Source of the DNA: Octopus sinensis
Taxonomy: Eukaryota
Assembly (NCBI RefSeq): GCF_006345805.1
Contig: NC_043015.1
Coordinates: 40,300,001-40,364,000 of the forward strand
Direction of reading: 5' to 3'
Length of the DNA: 64,000 nucleotides
A program made the translations under genes and the position numbers. Position 1 is the first letter of the stretch, and the number at the start of each line of letters is the position of its first letter. The notes under the pieces are model-generated. The model worked only from the letters and a program-made list of their open reading frames with translations, was not told the DNA's origin and did no database searches. Shown here piece by piece: positions 11,899 through 25,440 of this stretch.

Positions 11899-13151
11899 GT
11901 AAGTGACATGCTTGACTTGAATATCTATTAAAACATGTGGCCAACATGGAGAGAACATGTGGATATGGTTGTTGTTTTCTGTCTGGTCAACTCCGTCTGT
12001 GATTACAGATCAACGGAACAGCCTGCTAGTGAAATTAACGTGCAAGTGGCTGAGCACTCCACAGACACGTGTACCCTTAACATAGTTCTCGAGGAGATTC
12101 AGCGTGACACAGACTGTGACAAGGCTGGCCCTTTGAAATACAGGTACAACAGAAACAGGAAGAAAGAGTGAGAGAAAGTTGTGGTGAAAGAGTACAGCAG
12201 GATTCACTACCATCCCCTGCCGGAGCCTCGTGGAGCTTTAGGTGTTTTCGCTCAATAAACAATCGCAATGCCCAGTCTGGGAATTGAAACCATGATCCTA
12301 CAACCACTGCCCTAACCACTGGACCATTGCACCTCCACATTCCAACAGTATCTCATAAGTAACTTTAAGGTGTCAAGCTGGCATTCTGTGTTCAAATTCT
12401 GCCAAGGTCAACTTTGCATTTTGGGGTCTTTAGAATAAATACCAGTTGAGTACTGGGGTTGATATAACTTATCCCCTCCCCTGAAATTGTAAAAACCCTG
12501 CCGAAACAGACACGGAAGCCTGGGGCAGTCATTTGCCCGACCAGCTCCTGTCAAACTGTCCAAACCATGCCAGCATGGAAAGTGGACGTTAAAGGATGAT
12601 GATGATGATGTTCAACAGCAGCAGCAGTGGAGGCGCAATGGCCCAGTGGTTAGGGCAGCGGACTCACGGTCGGAAGATCGCGTTTCGATTCCCAGACTGG
12701 GTGTTGTGTGTGTTTATTGAGCGAAAACACCTAAAAGCTCCACGAGGCTCCGGCAGGGGGTGGTGGCCACCCCTGTTGTACTCTTTCGCTCCAACTTTCT
12801 CTCACTCTTTCTTCCTGTTTCTTGTCCCCGACTTCCTACGGAACTGCTGAGAGCCTGGATGCGCATTCATCCATCAGTCGATGCTCTCGGTGTCGGGGGT
12901 TGACCTGCTTTCTCTTCTGCGGGTCTTACGAATAGCAAAGACCACGTTTCGGACTTCTCCCATCTTGAAATGTTGTATGAGACGTAGTATGGTGTCCTAA
13001 GTATATATCTCCGTTCCTACCATGACCATTATGACTGCCACCTATCATCACAATTTGTCTCACTCTCCTCCCTTTTTATCACCACCACCACCACTACCGC
13101 TCTACCTCCTTCACCACCATCCTTATCACCTTATATTTTTCCCTGTTCCAG

Positions 13152-13326
13152 GCACATTAGGTACTCAATTAATTAACGGCACTAACGAAGCAGCACATAT
13201 TCAAGACAGTATTTCATTAATTTCACAAGCATTCGTTCGTCTTCGTAAAGAGATGAACATCTCGGAACCCCTTAGCCAATGCACTGAAATCAATATGCCG
13301 TGGTATGAAGGGAAGACCATTCTACA
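13152..13326 (+). CDS. GRIN1: GluN1 coding exon 5 (GTLGTQLINGTNEAAHIQDS...WYEGKTILQ), 175 nt
   Basis: ttccag|, |gtgagt, phase 1-2; E..HI.D motif and conserved Cys/Trp. Confidence 0.93.
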
Positions 13327-13478
13327 GTGAGTACCGGAACCTTCCTTGTTTTTATTGTTGTTGTTGTTGATGCTTAAGCCGTCTCTGTGAATATGTATTT
13401 GTTTTTATTCCTTCAAAACTGAGGATTCCATCACTACTCAAAGCTTCTACTATTTAATCCTTTTGACAAAAAACAGTA

Positions 13479-13530
<52 letters not shown>

Positions 13531-14312
13531 GCTACTATTCTTTCCATGTTCCCTACTTCACTAAATGGCTGTTTCTCTGTTAAAATATTTGGAGTCTCTT
13601 CTTGTGGTACCATTTATATAAGTTAAACAAAATAATTAAAGCCATGTAATATGTACTTGTGTTAATTTCATTCACCTCCTATCATAAATTATCTATAAAT
13701 TGATATTTTGATATAACTCAACCCTATTCATAGCAAAAATATTAAAATGACTAAACGTCAGGTATTCTTCAAACTTCACTCTGTCATTAAATTTGCCATA
13801 TTCCAGTTAAGCTTTCTTCATGTGGCCACATAGTAAAATCAAAGTCAGTTGTGTTACATCGGTCATTTGGAATGAGACTTTGGCAAGATTCTGTCTTTCT
13901 GCCAAAAATTATGCACTACCAGTGCCATATTTGCTAGAAATCTCTTCTTATGAAAGGTTGATAAATGTAGAAGATTTGATGCAATAATTTGACCAATTAA
14001 GTTCAGTGTTTAATTGATATTTCATAATCCTAATCTATAGCTATGAGTAGGGTATTTTTACATCGAAATATCAACTGTGTAGTTGATACGGAAAGGATTC
14101 GTTTAATGCTTATTTGTTCTGTGTGGTTTCATTAGTTCATTTATCTTGTATAAAAAGTACTTCTAGAAAAACCCTTTTAATATTTCAGTTACATTGCATG
14201 TGTGTGTGTGAGTGTGTGTGTATGTGCATGTGTGTGTGTGTGTAATGTGAACAGCCATGTTTTACCTCTACATAAAATGTTTCAGCTCTTTACATCTAAC
14301 ATAAACTATGTC

Positions 14313-14447
<135 letters not shown>

Positions 14448-14551
14448 CTCTCTCTCTCTCTTCTCTCTCTCTCTCTTTCTTTCTCTCTCTCTCTTTTTCT
14501 TTCTCTCTCTCTCTTTCTTTCTTTCTCTCTCTCTCACTCTCTCTCTCTTTT

Positions 14552-14584
<33 letters not shown>

Positions 14585-14912
14585 ACTGTAGCCCCCACTC
14601 ATTTGAAAGGGTATCATATTCTTGCCAGTTACATGGTGACCTCACTAGTAACTGGCACCATGAAAAGAGCACCCAGTGCACCCTGTAATGTGGTCGGCGT
14701 AAGAAAGGGGCATCCAGCTGTGGGAACCATACCAAAGCAAACATTGTAGTGAAACACAACCCTCCATCTTACTGGATCTTGGCAAACCAGCCAACTCAGT
14801 AATGAACACGGATATTAAAAGATCGTTATGATAATGAGGAAGACGATAATGATGATGATGATGATGCATGTATGTGTATATATATATATATATGTGTGTA
14901 CATATGTATATG

Positions 14913-15238
14913 AGAAGCTGCATGGCTTAGTGGTTAGGGCATTCGGCTCATGATTGTAAGGTTGTGAGTTCAATTCCCAGTGACGCGTTGTGTCCTTGCG
15001 CAAGACACTTTATTTCACGTTTCTCCAGTCCACTCAGCTGGCAAAAACGAGTAGTGCCTGTATTTCAAAGGGCCAGCCTTGTCACACTCTGTGTCATGCT
15101 GAATCTCCCTGAGAACTACGTTAAGGGTTTACACATGTCTGTGGAATACTCAGCCACTTGCACATTAATTTCACGAGCAGGCTGTTCCACTGAACGGATC
15201 AACTGGAACCCTCGTCATCGTAACCGATGGAATGCTCC
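14913..15238 (+). mobile_element. tRNA-derived SINE family B (head gcatggcttagtggttagggcattcgg, CORE-like gtgtccttg.gcaagacactt) sharing its 3' body with family A
   Basis: Body cttgtcacactctgtgtca...gagcaggctgttcc is shared with 19060-19230. Related heads at ~20998-21230(+) and 21330-21498(-). Confidence 0.7.
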
Positions 15239-15249
15239 TATATACATAC

Positions 15250-15281
<32 letters not shown>

Positions 15282-15316
15282 GTATGTATATATATATATG
15301 TATATATATGTGTGTG

Positions 15317-15347
<31 letters not shown>

Positions 15348-15540
15348 ATACATATATACATACATACATACATATATACATACATACATACATACATATA
15401 TTCACTCTACCATCTTACTAGTGCATGCTCTCAGCTGTTCATGTATTTACTATACTAATGTGCGTGTGTGTGTGTGTGTGTGTGCATGTCCGTTGACGTA
15501 TATGACTGACTATTGGACATTTCTGCTTGGTGTCTTGTAG

Positions 15541-15685
15541 ATACCTAAAAACTGGTTACCTTGAAGATGGCGTCACAGGACAAGTGAGTTTTAATCTGGA
15601 TGGTGACAGGAAAAATCCAGTCTACAACATTATGAATGTACAACAAACAAGGACAGTGGCTGTTGGTATTTATGGCAGTATAAAG
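15541..15685 (+). CDS. GRIN1: GluN1 coding exon 6 (YLKTGYLEDGVTGQVSFNLDGDRKNPVYNIMN...GIYGSIK), 145 nt
   Basis: ttgtag|, |gtcagt, phase 2-0; DGxTGxVxFxxDGDR motif. Confidence 0.93.
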
Positions 15686-15921
15686 GTCAGTGGTCAACAT
15701 TCTTGGAGCCGAAGAAGCTTAGTGAGTGGTCTGTCTCTGTGTGTGTGTGTGTGTGTGTGTGCATGCGTGCGTGCGTGCGTGTGTGCATGCGTGCGTGTGT
15801 GTGCATGTGTGTGTGTGTGCGTGTGTGTGTGTGCTGAAAAGGTATTGGGTTTTTGGCATGTCTTGAATAATAGTGATGATGATGATGATGATGATGATGG
15901 TGGTGGTGATAATGATGATCA

Positions 15922-15977
<56 letters not shown>

Positions 15978-16153
15978 TCTAAATTTGGCACAGGGCAGGC
16001 AATTTTGATGCTGTTTATTTCCAGTCTTTTGTGAAAAACATGTCTAGGCATGGGGAAATGTTACCTTAATTAAAAACAGGTGAGGCTTGATGACAGGGAA
16101 GGCATCCAGCCATAGAAATCTTCCTCAATAAATCCCAGCTGACGCACAAACAT

Positions 16154-16201
<48 letters not shown>

Positions 16202-16561
16202 ACAACGGGCTTCTTTCAGTTTCCCTCTACCAAATCCACTCACAAGGCTTCAGTTGGCCTGAGGCTATAGTAGAAGACACTTGCCCAAGGTGCCACGCAG
16301 TGGGACTGAACAGGGAACCATGTGGTTTGCAAGCAAGCAACTTACCACACAGCCACTCTTGTTTACAATTCATGTTGAACATTATTCACCATTCCTTTGC
16401 TTTGTTTTTGCTTTTTGTGGTGGGCCAGGTGAGATTGTCACATTCAATTGACTATAGCCTCTCTGTTAGTGACCACACCCAATTACTCCTCTTTATGAAA
16501 TATCTGTTTTTGTTTCAGTCTGATACTTTAGTTTACCATATTCTTCCTTTGTATTCTACAG

Positions 16562-16672
16562 AAACCCCAACCTGGAGAGAATCCTTTGGCCATGGCAGAA
16601 AACATTAACATTGTATGGCCAGGAAACACACACAAACAACCGGAAGGACTGAGGAAAACCACCCACTTAAAG
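16562..16672 (+). CDS. GRIN1: GluN1 coding exon 7 (KPQPGENP...IVWPG...TTHLK), 111 nt
   Basis: ctacag|, |gtcagt, phase 0-0; IxWPG ATD-LBD linker motif. Confidence 0.92.
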
Positions 16673-16917
16673 GTCAGTTTTGCTGTAACATGGCCAGTGT
16701 CCATTTTCTCTTGTTAAGGACTTTAAGAACCAAAATATCAGAATATGAAGCAAAATGGTTAAGGCTTCATTTTTCCCATTTTTATTTGAATTATGATTGA
16801 TGACTGATGCCTAAATCACTTATTGCCGAGAAAGTAGGGAGTTTCAAAGATTTTGATTTTGACAACATTTTGCAGCTGATTCTTGTATTATTGGCAGTCA
16901 TTAAGGCTCAGTGCTTT

Positions 16918-17555
16918 TATGATAATAATAATAATGAAATTATTGTATACAGTGCTCAGGTGCACCACAACTTGTCGAAAGTGTGTATTAAGCATATGCA
17001 GTAATGTACAAATGTCTGGAAAGCAAACAATGTATGAGTCATATACATGCTTGCGTGTTTATGGAGGGGAGAAAATCAGGTGTAGTGTTGGCGAATCTCA
17101 GGAAGCATGGCAGTTTTGAAGGATGCAGTGCTCCGACAACTAACAACTGATGCTAGCAGTCTGTTCCATGCTTCAGCAACTCTTAGCGTGAAAAAATGTT
17201 TCCGAAAGTCATGGGAACTGTGCTGCTTTCTGACCTTGTAAACATGTCCACGGGTGTTAGACAGATGGAGTTTGAAAAGGTGCTCAGAGTTATTGTTGGT
17301 AAGATGTTTAATAATTTTATGGGTGTCTGCCAAGTCAGCTGCCAGACGTCGGAGTTTCAATGTATCCATGCCCAAGGAAGTAAGGCATTCAGAATATGGC
17401 AAATGCACATCGCTGAACGGCTTCCAAACGATTAATATCCTGGACAAGATAGGGGTTCCAGACCGGTGATGCAAATTCCAGGTGAGGTCGCACCATAGCT
17501 ATATAAAGCCGCAGATAGATAGCCGGAGAGCGACTCACAAAGGACTTGTTCTTTT
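16918..17555 (-). mobile_element. CR1-clade LINE 3' fragment (ORF2 C-terminus, frameshifted)
   Basis: Minus strand encodes VRPHLEFASPVWNP...LGMDTLKLRRL...TRGHVYK...RKHFFTLRVAEAWN. The same 3' UTR recurs at ~6030-6160(+). Confidence 0.85.
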
Positions 17556-18855
17556 GAGTTCAATGTCTCTGCATGGCACCTTACTCAAATGTCTTCTACC
17601 ATAGCCTCAGGACCACCAAAGCCTTGAGAGAATTATTTGTCAGGGGGAAACCGTAATACGAAGCCTGCACTGTAGGGGTTCATAGAACATACCAACCAGT
17701 TCGGTACCACCACTTGGCCCTTGGGTATCTTTAGTGTTTTAAAGCATTGAGAACAATTATTTAGTCTGTTCTTTCCTCCAATCTTGGAGATTCTGGAAAC
17801 GTTTTTGGTTGAGAAAAAAATAAATCCCAAAAGACGAAAACAAAGTTGGTAAAATTTCCACTTTTTTCCTATTTTTATTTTCCTAAAAAGTGGAAATTTT
17901 ACCGGTGAGTGTGTTACATTATAAGGCACAAAAAGAAAATGACTCTCCCCAAACACAACAAAATATGCTTCAACACACGAACTCACATAAAGAATCTTGC
18001 AAACCAAATCCAAAAACGAAATGAAATTGGTATGTCATGAGTTATTCCCCTTGGTAAGTAAATTGTAGCCTAGTAATTACCTCCCTTACTTTATGCAGCT
18101 TTCCAACTATCCTCAGTTTTTATTTGTTCGACGCACTAATCACACTCGCCATATAATTGCAATGAATATTATTCTTGTTGTGGTTGTTATTGTTTCTTTA
18201 TCGATCAAATAGTATCGATGATTTCTGATTTAGATAAAAGAAAAATCACACCACATTAGTGACCGGTATATATCTTATTTTAACAACCCTCAAAAGCTGT
18301 GTCTCCAATATAAATAGTAATAATAATAATGATCCTGTCTACTGTAGGCACAGGGCCTGAAATTTGTGGGGAGGGGCTAAGTCGATAACATCAAACCCGG
18401 TATATGACTGGTACTTATTTTATCGATCCCGAAACGATGAAAGGCAAAGTCGACCTCGGCGGAATTTGAACTCAGAACGTAACGGCAGACGAAATACGCC
18501 TACGCATTTCGCCCAGCGTGCTAACGTTTCTGCCAGCTTGCTGCCTTAATAATAATAATAATAATAGTAATAATAATAATAATAACAATAATAAAAATAA
18601 TAATAATAATAATAATAATAATGGTTTCAAATTTTGGCACAAGGCCAGCAATTTTTGGAGAAGGAGACAAGTCGATTACATCATCCCTAATATGCAGCTG
18701 GTACTTATTTCATCAATCCGGGAAAGATGAAAGGCAAAATCATTCTCAGTAGCATCTGGACTCAGAACGTAAAGACAGACATTCCGTTAACTCACCACCT
18801 TAATCATAATAATGATCATTATAATAATAATGATTATATAATAATTATAATAATG

Positions 18856-19240
18856 TGGAGGCGCAATGGCCCAGTGGTTAGGGCAGCGGACTCGCGGTCG
18901 TAGGATCGCGGTTTCGATTCCCAGACCGGGCGTTGTGAGTGTTTATTGAACAAAAACACCTAAAAAGCCCCACGAGGCTCCGGCAGGGGGTGGTGGTGAT
19001 CCCTGCTGTACTCTTTCACCAAAACTTTCTCTCACTCTTACTTCCTGCTTCTGTTGTACCTGTATTTCAAAGGGCCGGCCTTGTCACTCTCTGTGTCACG
19101 CTGAATATCCCCGAGAACTACGTTAAGGGTACACGTGTCTGTGGAGTGCTCAGCCACTTACACGTTAATTTCACGAGCAGGCTGTTCCGTTGATTCGGAT
19201 CAACCGGAACCCTCGTTGTCGGAACCGACAGAGTGGTTCC
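18856..19240 (+). mobile_element. tRNA(Arg)-like SINE family A, full copy
   Basis: Head ggaggcgcaatggcccagtggttagggcagcggactcgcggtc...ggtttcgattccc (A and B boxes, TCG anticodon-like). Other copies ~11990-12345(-), 12628-12810(+), 22538-22800(+), 44195-44380(+). Confidence 0.75.
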
Positions 19241-19390
19241 AATAATGATCACGTGATAATAATAATACTCCAGGTGTGATTCCTAATCTACACAAGCCCC
19301 AGAGGCAGCCACCAAAATAGAAAAATATGTCATTGATGTTGTTGTTGTTACTGCTGTTGTCTTCAAACATTGTCGTTTCCATTGGTCCAG

Positions 19391-19496
19391 GTTGTCACCA
19401 TCCAAGAAGAACCATTCATTAATAAGAGACCGATTCCTAAAGGGGAAGCCTGTGACTCAGAGGAGGTCTTTTGCCCACATACTGACAAATCAACAG
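19391..19496 (+). CDS. GRIN1: GluN1 coding exon 8 (VVTIQEEPFINKRP...CPHTDKST), 106 nt
   Basis: gtccag|, |gtgagg, phase 0-1; VTIxEEPF S1 motif. Confidence 0.93.
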
Positions 19497-19567
19497 GTGA
19501 GGAACCCAGTGAAGCCCCTGTCTGTGTGTGTGTATGTGTGTGTGTGTGTATGTGTGTGTATGTGTGT

Positions 19568-19610
<43 letters not shown>

Positions 19611-20211
19611 TGTGTGTATGTGTGTGTGTGTGTGTGTGATAGAGCAACTTTTCGTAATCCCTGGTTGATGGCATTTTAGCCCGTGGTCGACTCAAAGGAG
19701 GATAAAATGGCAGTGCCTTAGCGGCTGTTTGTGCTTCAAATCCTTCTTGGGTTTTCTGTCTTTTACTGTCTCTCTTGGCACCAATTCTTTTTTTTCATTT
19801 TGTGTCTCCTTTTCATCATCAACATCATCATCATCGTCATCGTCGTTTAACATCCGCTTTCCATGCTAGCATGGGTTGGACAAAAGAGTGACGTGCCGTG
19901 GCCAGGATTTGAACCTATATGTAGACATGAAAAATATGACTCTCTGTGTGTGTATGTGTGGCTCTCTCTCTCTCTCTCTCTCCTTCCTACATGTGGAGCA
20001 TCCTTACATGTTAAGATTATTGGATATTTAGTGTATGTGAAGATATGTGGCCTAATCGTTAGAGTACAACGATTAATAATAATAATAATAATCATAAGGC
20101 CATGGGTTCAATTCTTGAACTGGATGTCACATTGAGTCCTTGAGCATGGCACTTCATTTTCACATTTCTTCCAGTCTGCTCAGCTGAAATGAGTATCCTT
20201 CCCACTGCTCA

Positions 20212-20278
<67 letters not shown>

Positions 20279-20717
20279 CTGCCCTGATGCCACACTCTGG
20301 ATGTTCTGTTGAGTGGGGGGTGGGAGTGAAGGAGGAGGATTGAAAGGATGCTCTATGTCTGCTACTAATTATAAAATCACAAAATCATCGTACATTCTAT
20401 TCTGCCATCAACCACAACAGACTCACTTGCTACTGATACCTGCAGTTTTTGTTTTTTATATCTAATGCCTCCTCTCTCCTTCTGCACGGAGAATGCATAC
20501 ATGGTTAGGTCTCCCTCTCTCTCTCTCTCTCTCTCTCCTATTATGAACACACATGTGGAACATCTTCATTCCCTTCCAGACCCCCCACATGTCTCTCCTT
20601 CCCTTCCATAAGGTCAGTGTGTGCATGTAGTGTGATCCCGTTTTCTTCATTTCGTTTATGTCTCTCCTTCCAAGCCATGACCATGCAACACTATTGTTGT
20701 TTATTCTTTTCTTGCAG

Positions 20718-20842
20718 GTAACCTCACAGACTACTGCTGTAAAGGTTATTGCATAGATTTACTGAAGAACCTTTCAACCCGGGTCAACTTCACATTCGAA
20801 TTACACTTAAGTTCAGAAAATACTTATGGATCTTTTGAAAGA
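20718..20842 (+). CDS. GRIN1: GluN1 coding exon 9 (GNLTDYCCKGYCIDLL...TYGSFER), 125 nt
   Basis: ttgcag|, |gtaggt, phase 1-0; CCxGYCIDLL motif. Confidence 0.95.
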
Positions 20843-23800
20843 GTAGGTTCACAGTTTCTTTTCATCTTCTATCCACAATCACACACACACACGCACACCT
20901 GACAAGGGTTGATCTGAGGGGCAAAGAGGTGGTGAGGGTGGGAATGTATTTTGGCAAACGCACGGCAATTAGAACATTCTTATTTACAAAATCTGTCTGT
21001 GGAGGCACGTGGCTTAGTGGTTAGGGTGTCAGAATCATGATCGTAAGATTGTGGTTTCGATTCCTGGACCAGGCAACACGTTGTGTTCTTGAGCAAAACA
21101 CTTCATTTCACATTGCACCAGTCCACTCAGCTGGCAACAATAAGTAAACATTGCACAGACAGGTGTCCCGTCCAGGTGGGGAATTTATAAGTCATGTAAA
21201 AGGGAAACCGGCCCTTATGAGTCTGGCATGACTTTATTTTTACTAATCTGTCTGTTTATCTCTGCTCTCTCTCTGGTTCAATCCCACTGCCTGGTACCTT
21301 GGGAAAATGTCTTATGGTAAAAGAAAACTGGCACTCCATTGCTTACGACAACGAGGGTTCCATTTTTGTCAGCTGAGTGGACTGGTACTACGTGAAATAA
21401 AGTGTCTTGCTCAAGGACACACGGTGCCGCCGAGAATCGAACTCACGACCCTACGATCGCGAGCCGAATACCCTAACCCCTAAGCCACGCGGCTTCACAT
21501 CTCTTATAGTATAGCCCCAGGAATATTTTAGTAAAAGTTTCTGTTGTGAAATTCCCTCTCGTCTGAGTGACAACGAGTTGTTTCCCTTGGATCTACATTC
21601 TCTTAGAAAATTTCCCACTCTCAAGAAATAATCTAAGAACAATCCTTTCTACTGGGAGCACTAGGCCTCGAATTAAGACCCAGTACTTAATTTATCGATC
21701 TCAAAGGGATGAAAGGCAAAGTTGACCTTGGTGGAATTTGAACTCAGAACGTAGCAACAGGCAAAATACTTCTATGCAATTCGTCCAGCGTGCTAATGAT
21801 TCTGCCAGCTCGCCGCCAAATACCTAAGAATAACGTAAGGACTTAGTGAGGGAGGGGGTCTCCACACGGTCTTCCCAAATGCTAGAAATAGCTCCCAAAT
21901 CTCCCTCAAACTGCACTTTTCCAGCTTAATAAAAGAAGGATACATTAGAAAATGTAGCCTTTGGTATATTGCATCTGAATAAAAGACACGGTGGTCATGG
22001 CTGGAGGGCGTTTGGCATGGGATTAAACAACAACAATAATAAAACAATAGAAGTACTGAACCGTTACCAGTCATCACACATTAGTCATTAAACATAAGTC
22101 ATGTGACACAGTATCTAGTGTTAGATGTAAAGCCTTAGAGATCAAGTAGAGCTGTGTGGTTAAACAGTTTGCTTCCCAACCACATGGTTCCAGGTTCAAT
22201 TCCACTGCGTGGCACCCTGAGCCAGTGTCTTCTACTGTAGTCTTGAACTGAGCCATGTGAGTACGTGTATGGGTTTTTTGGGGGGTGGGGTTGTCTGTTT
22301 TGACCTCCTGTGATTGTTGGAAATGGATGTCATTCATTTCTGAACTTCTGCAAAAAAAAAACATATCAGGCCATGGAGAATAAATCTTCATTTGCTTGGA
22401 AACAGGTGAGGGTTGACAACAGGAAGGGCATCCAGCTGTAGAAAATCTGCCTTCATAAATTCTGTTCAACTCATGACAGCATGGCAAAGTGAATACTTAA
22501 AAGATTATGACGATTATATATATATAAATATATATAGTGGAGGCACAATGGCCCAGTGGTTAGGGCAGTGGACTCGCAGTCGTAGGGTCACGGTTTCGAT
22601 TCCCAGATCGGGCGTTGTGAGTGTTTATTGAGCAAAAACACCTAAAGCTCCACGAAGCTCCAGCAGGGGGTGGTGGTGATCCCTGCTGTACTCTTTCGCC
22701 ACAACTTTCTTCTGTTGGCCTGCTCGCTTAGCCAGCGGGGTGGCGTCATTTGAAGGCTAAAACAATGCGAAGCGCATTGTGACCAGCGATGTGTAGCAAC
22801 ATCTGATAGCCTGGTGTGTCACGTGACGTCTATATATATATATAGGTGCAGGAGTGGCTGTGTGGTAAGTAGTTTGCTTACCAACCACATGGTTCCGGGT
22901 TCAATCCCACTGCATGGCACCAGGGTAAGTATCTTCTACTATAGCCTCGGGCCGACCAGAGCCTTCTGAGTGGATTTGGTAGACGGAAACTGAAAGAAGC
23001 CCATCATATCATGTCAAACATCATGAATTAACCACCAGACATCAAGCATCTGTCATCAAACAGCAAAAATAATGTGAATGATTATTAGTCATAAGTCATC
23101 AGATATCAAATGTTAGTCATTAAGCATCAATCATAAGACACTCTACACCAAGCATTCATACACAATATTACACACCAGATATCAAACAGTGGAGACTTTA
23201 AACCACACAATACAAAATAAACATCAAACATCAATGAACAGTCATCAGCCATTAGTCATTAGACATCAAACATCAGTCATTAGTCACCAAAGAATAAACC
23301 TCAAATTTCTGATGTGATAAAAACTGTGAATATATTCTGCATAACGAGGTGACGAGCTGGCAGAATCGTTAGCACACGGGGCAAAACGCTTAACAGCTTT
23401 TGGTCTGTCTTTATGTTCTGAGTTCAAATTCTATCGAGGTCGACTTTGTCTTTTATCCTTTCGGGGTCAATAAAATAAGTACCAGTTATGTACTGGGGTC
23501 GATGTAATCGACTTACCTCTTCCCCAGAAATCGCTGGCCATGTGCCGAAATAAGAAATCCATATGTTCAACATCAGCCTGGTGTTGGTGATGGGGAATAG
23601 TAAATGGTGGTGGTGGTAGCGCTAGTGGTAGATGTGCAAGTGGGGACGGTAGTTGTGTTATTATTATTGCTACTGTTATTGTTATTCCTGCTGTTGTTTG
23701 TCCTATTTCTACCGTTCACGCAATGTTTACCATTCCCATCGACCCCACCCCACCCCCACTCCGCCTCACCCACTGCCACCACCACCACCACAGCCATCTC

Positions 23801-25345
23801 CATCCCCCCACACACCCTGATAAATGATACAGGAGGGACAATTCCAGGAGACATCTGATGACGTTCTCTAACATATTGCATCATTTATTTTCTCTTTAAC
23901 CAATTCCTTGACATTCATCTCAGATTCCAACTCGTCGGGGGGACCCCCTCACAGTTCTAACAGCCCCTAACTGCGTCATGTGGTTCTTTTACCCCCTTTA
24001 TTCTCGTCACAGCACTTCTTCTCCTCCTTCTCCTCCTCCTCCCTTCTCTTACTCTCCCCTCTGTTTCCCCCTCTCCCTCCCTCTTTCTCTCTGTATTTAC
24101 TTTACCAAAATCAGAGCAATGCTTACTTGCTTGCTTAGAAAATATCCCAGTTCATTTCTGCTCAGTCTCCGCCCTCATAGAATCGGGTTTCAAAAGAAAT
24201 GAGAGCCAAAAAAAAAAAAGAACCATGTGTGACATGAGAAAGTCACATGAAAAAAAGACAAAAGCATTGCCAAAATGAATGACTTGGAGGGGGAAAGAAA
24301 AAAAAGAAAAAAACAACCCCAAAAACGACAGCCCCCAACTGGGCCTTTTCTTACTCAAAGCATTGTTACTATTATTAAGGGGGTTGCCTGGCTGTGGTAT
24401 CCCATTCTATCGCTGTCTAATATATAGGTGTCTAATATATACAATATTCACCAGATTTATTATAACAGGTCCTTATATTGAAATAAGTCCACAAATTGCG
24501 TAGAAGGCATGGAAGAAAGGGCTGAGTGATGTATTTAGTTCAGGGTTTCCCAAAGGATGGGCCCTTTAAAAAAAATTATAGGGTTTTGAAAGATAAAAAT
24601 CTTCATTGTCATCATCATCGTTTTAACGTCCATTTTTCCATGTTTGCATGGGTTTGACTGAATTCATTAAGGCAACTTTTTTGTGGTCGGATGCCCTTCC
24701 TGTCACCAACCCTCGCCTATTTCTGAGCCAGGCAAGATTTTCCCATGGCCAAACATGTTTTTTTTATGAAAAGACAGGAAACAAAGGACACCGCTTGTAT
24801 GACAGTGATACTTGTTTACAACTTACCATTGATGCCAAAGCAAGGAGACACACACACGTGTGTGTGTGTATGTGTTTATACATATGTATCATATTTATAT
24901 ATATATATATATACATGTGCGTGTGTATTTATATGTATATTTAGATAGATAGATAGATAGACAGACAGACACGCGCACACACACACACACACACACGTGC
25001 ATATACACACATGAATCCATGCACGCACACACACGCAATGGGCTTCTTTCAGTTTCCATCAATCAAATCCACTCACAAAGCTTTGGTCAGTCCAGGGTTT
25101 GACCAAAGTTGGCCTGAAGGTAAACAACAGGAAGAAGACATTAGAAAATGTAGTCCTAGGTACACTCTGGCTGAATAAAACACAGAATGATCACTACTAG
25201 ACCGCCTTTGATCATAGGGCTTCTGGGTTAGATTAGGACTGACCTGGGGCTAAATAATAGCTATATCTGTATTTGTGTATGAACATATGTATATACATAT
25301 ATATACATACATATATATACATATATATATATATATAATTATATA

Positions 25346-25440
<95 letters not shown>

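Noticed and set aside
16519-16561. Alternative upstream acceptor for exon 7
   Set aside because: It adds 43 nt and shifts the frame.
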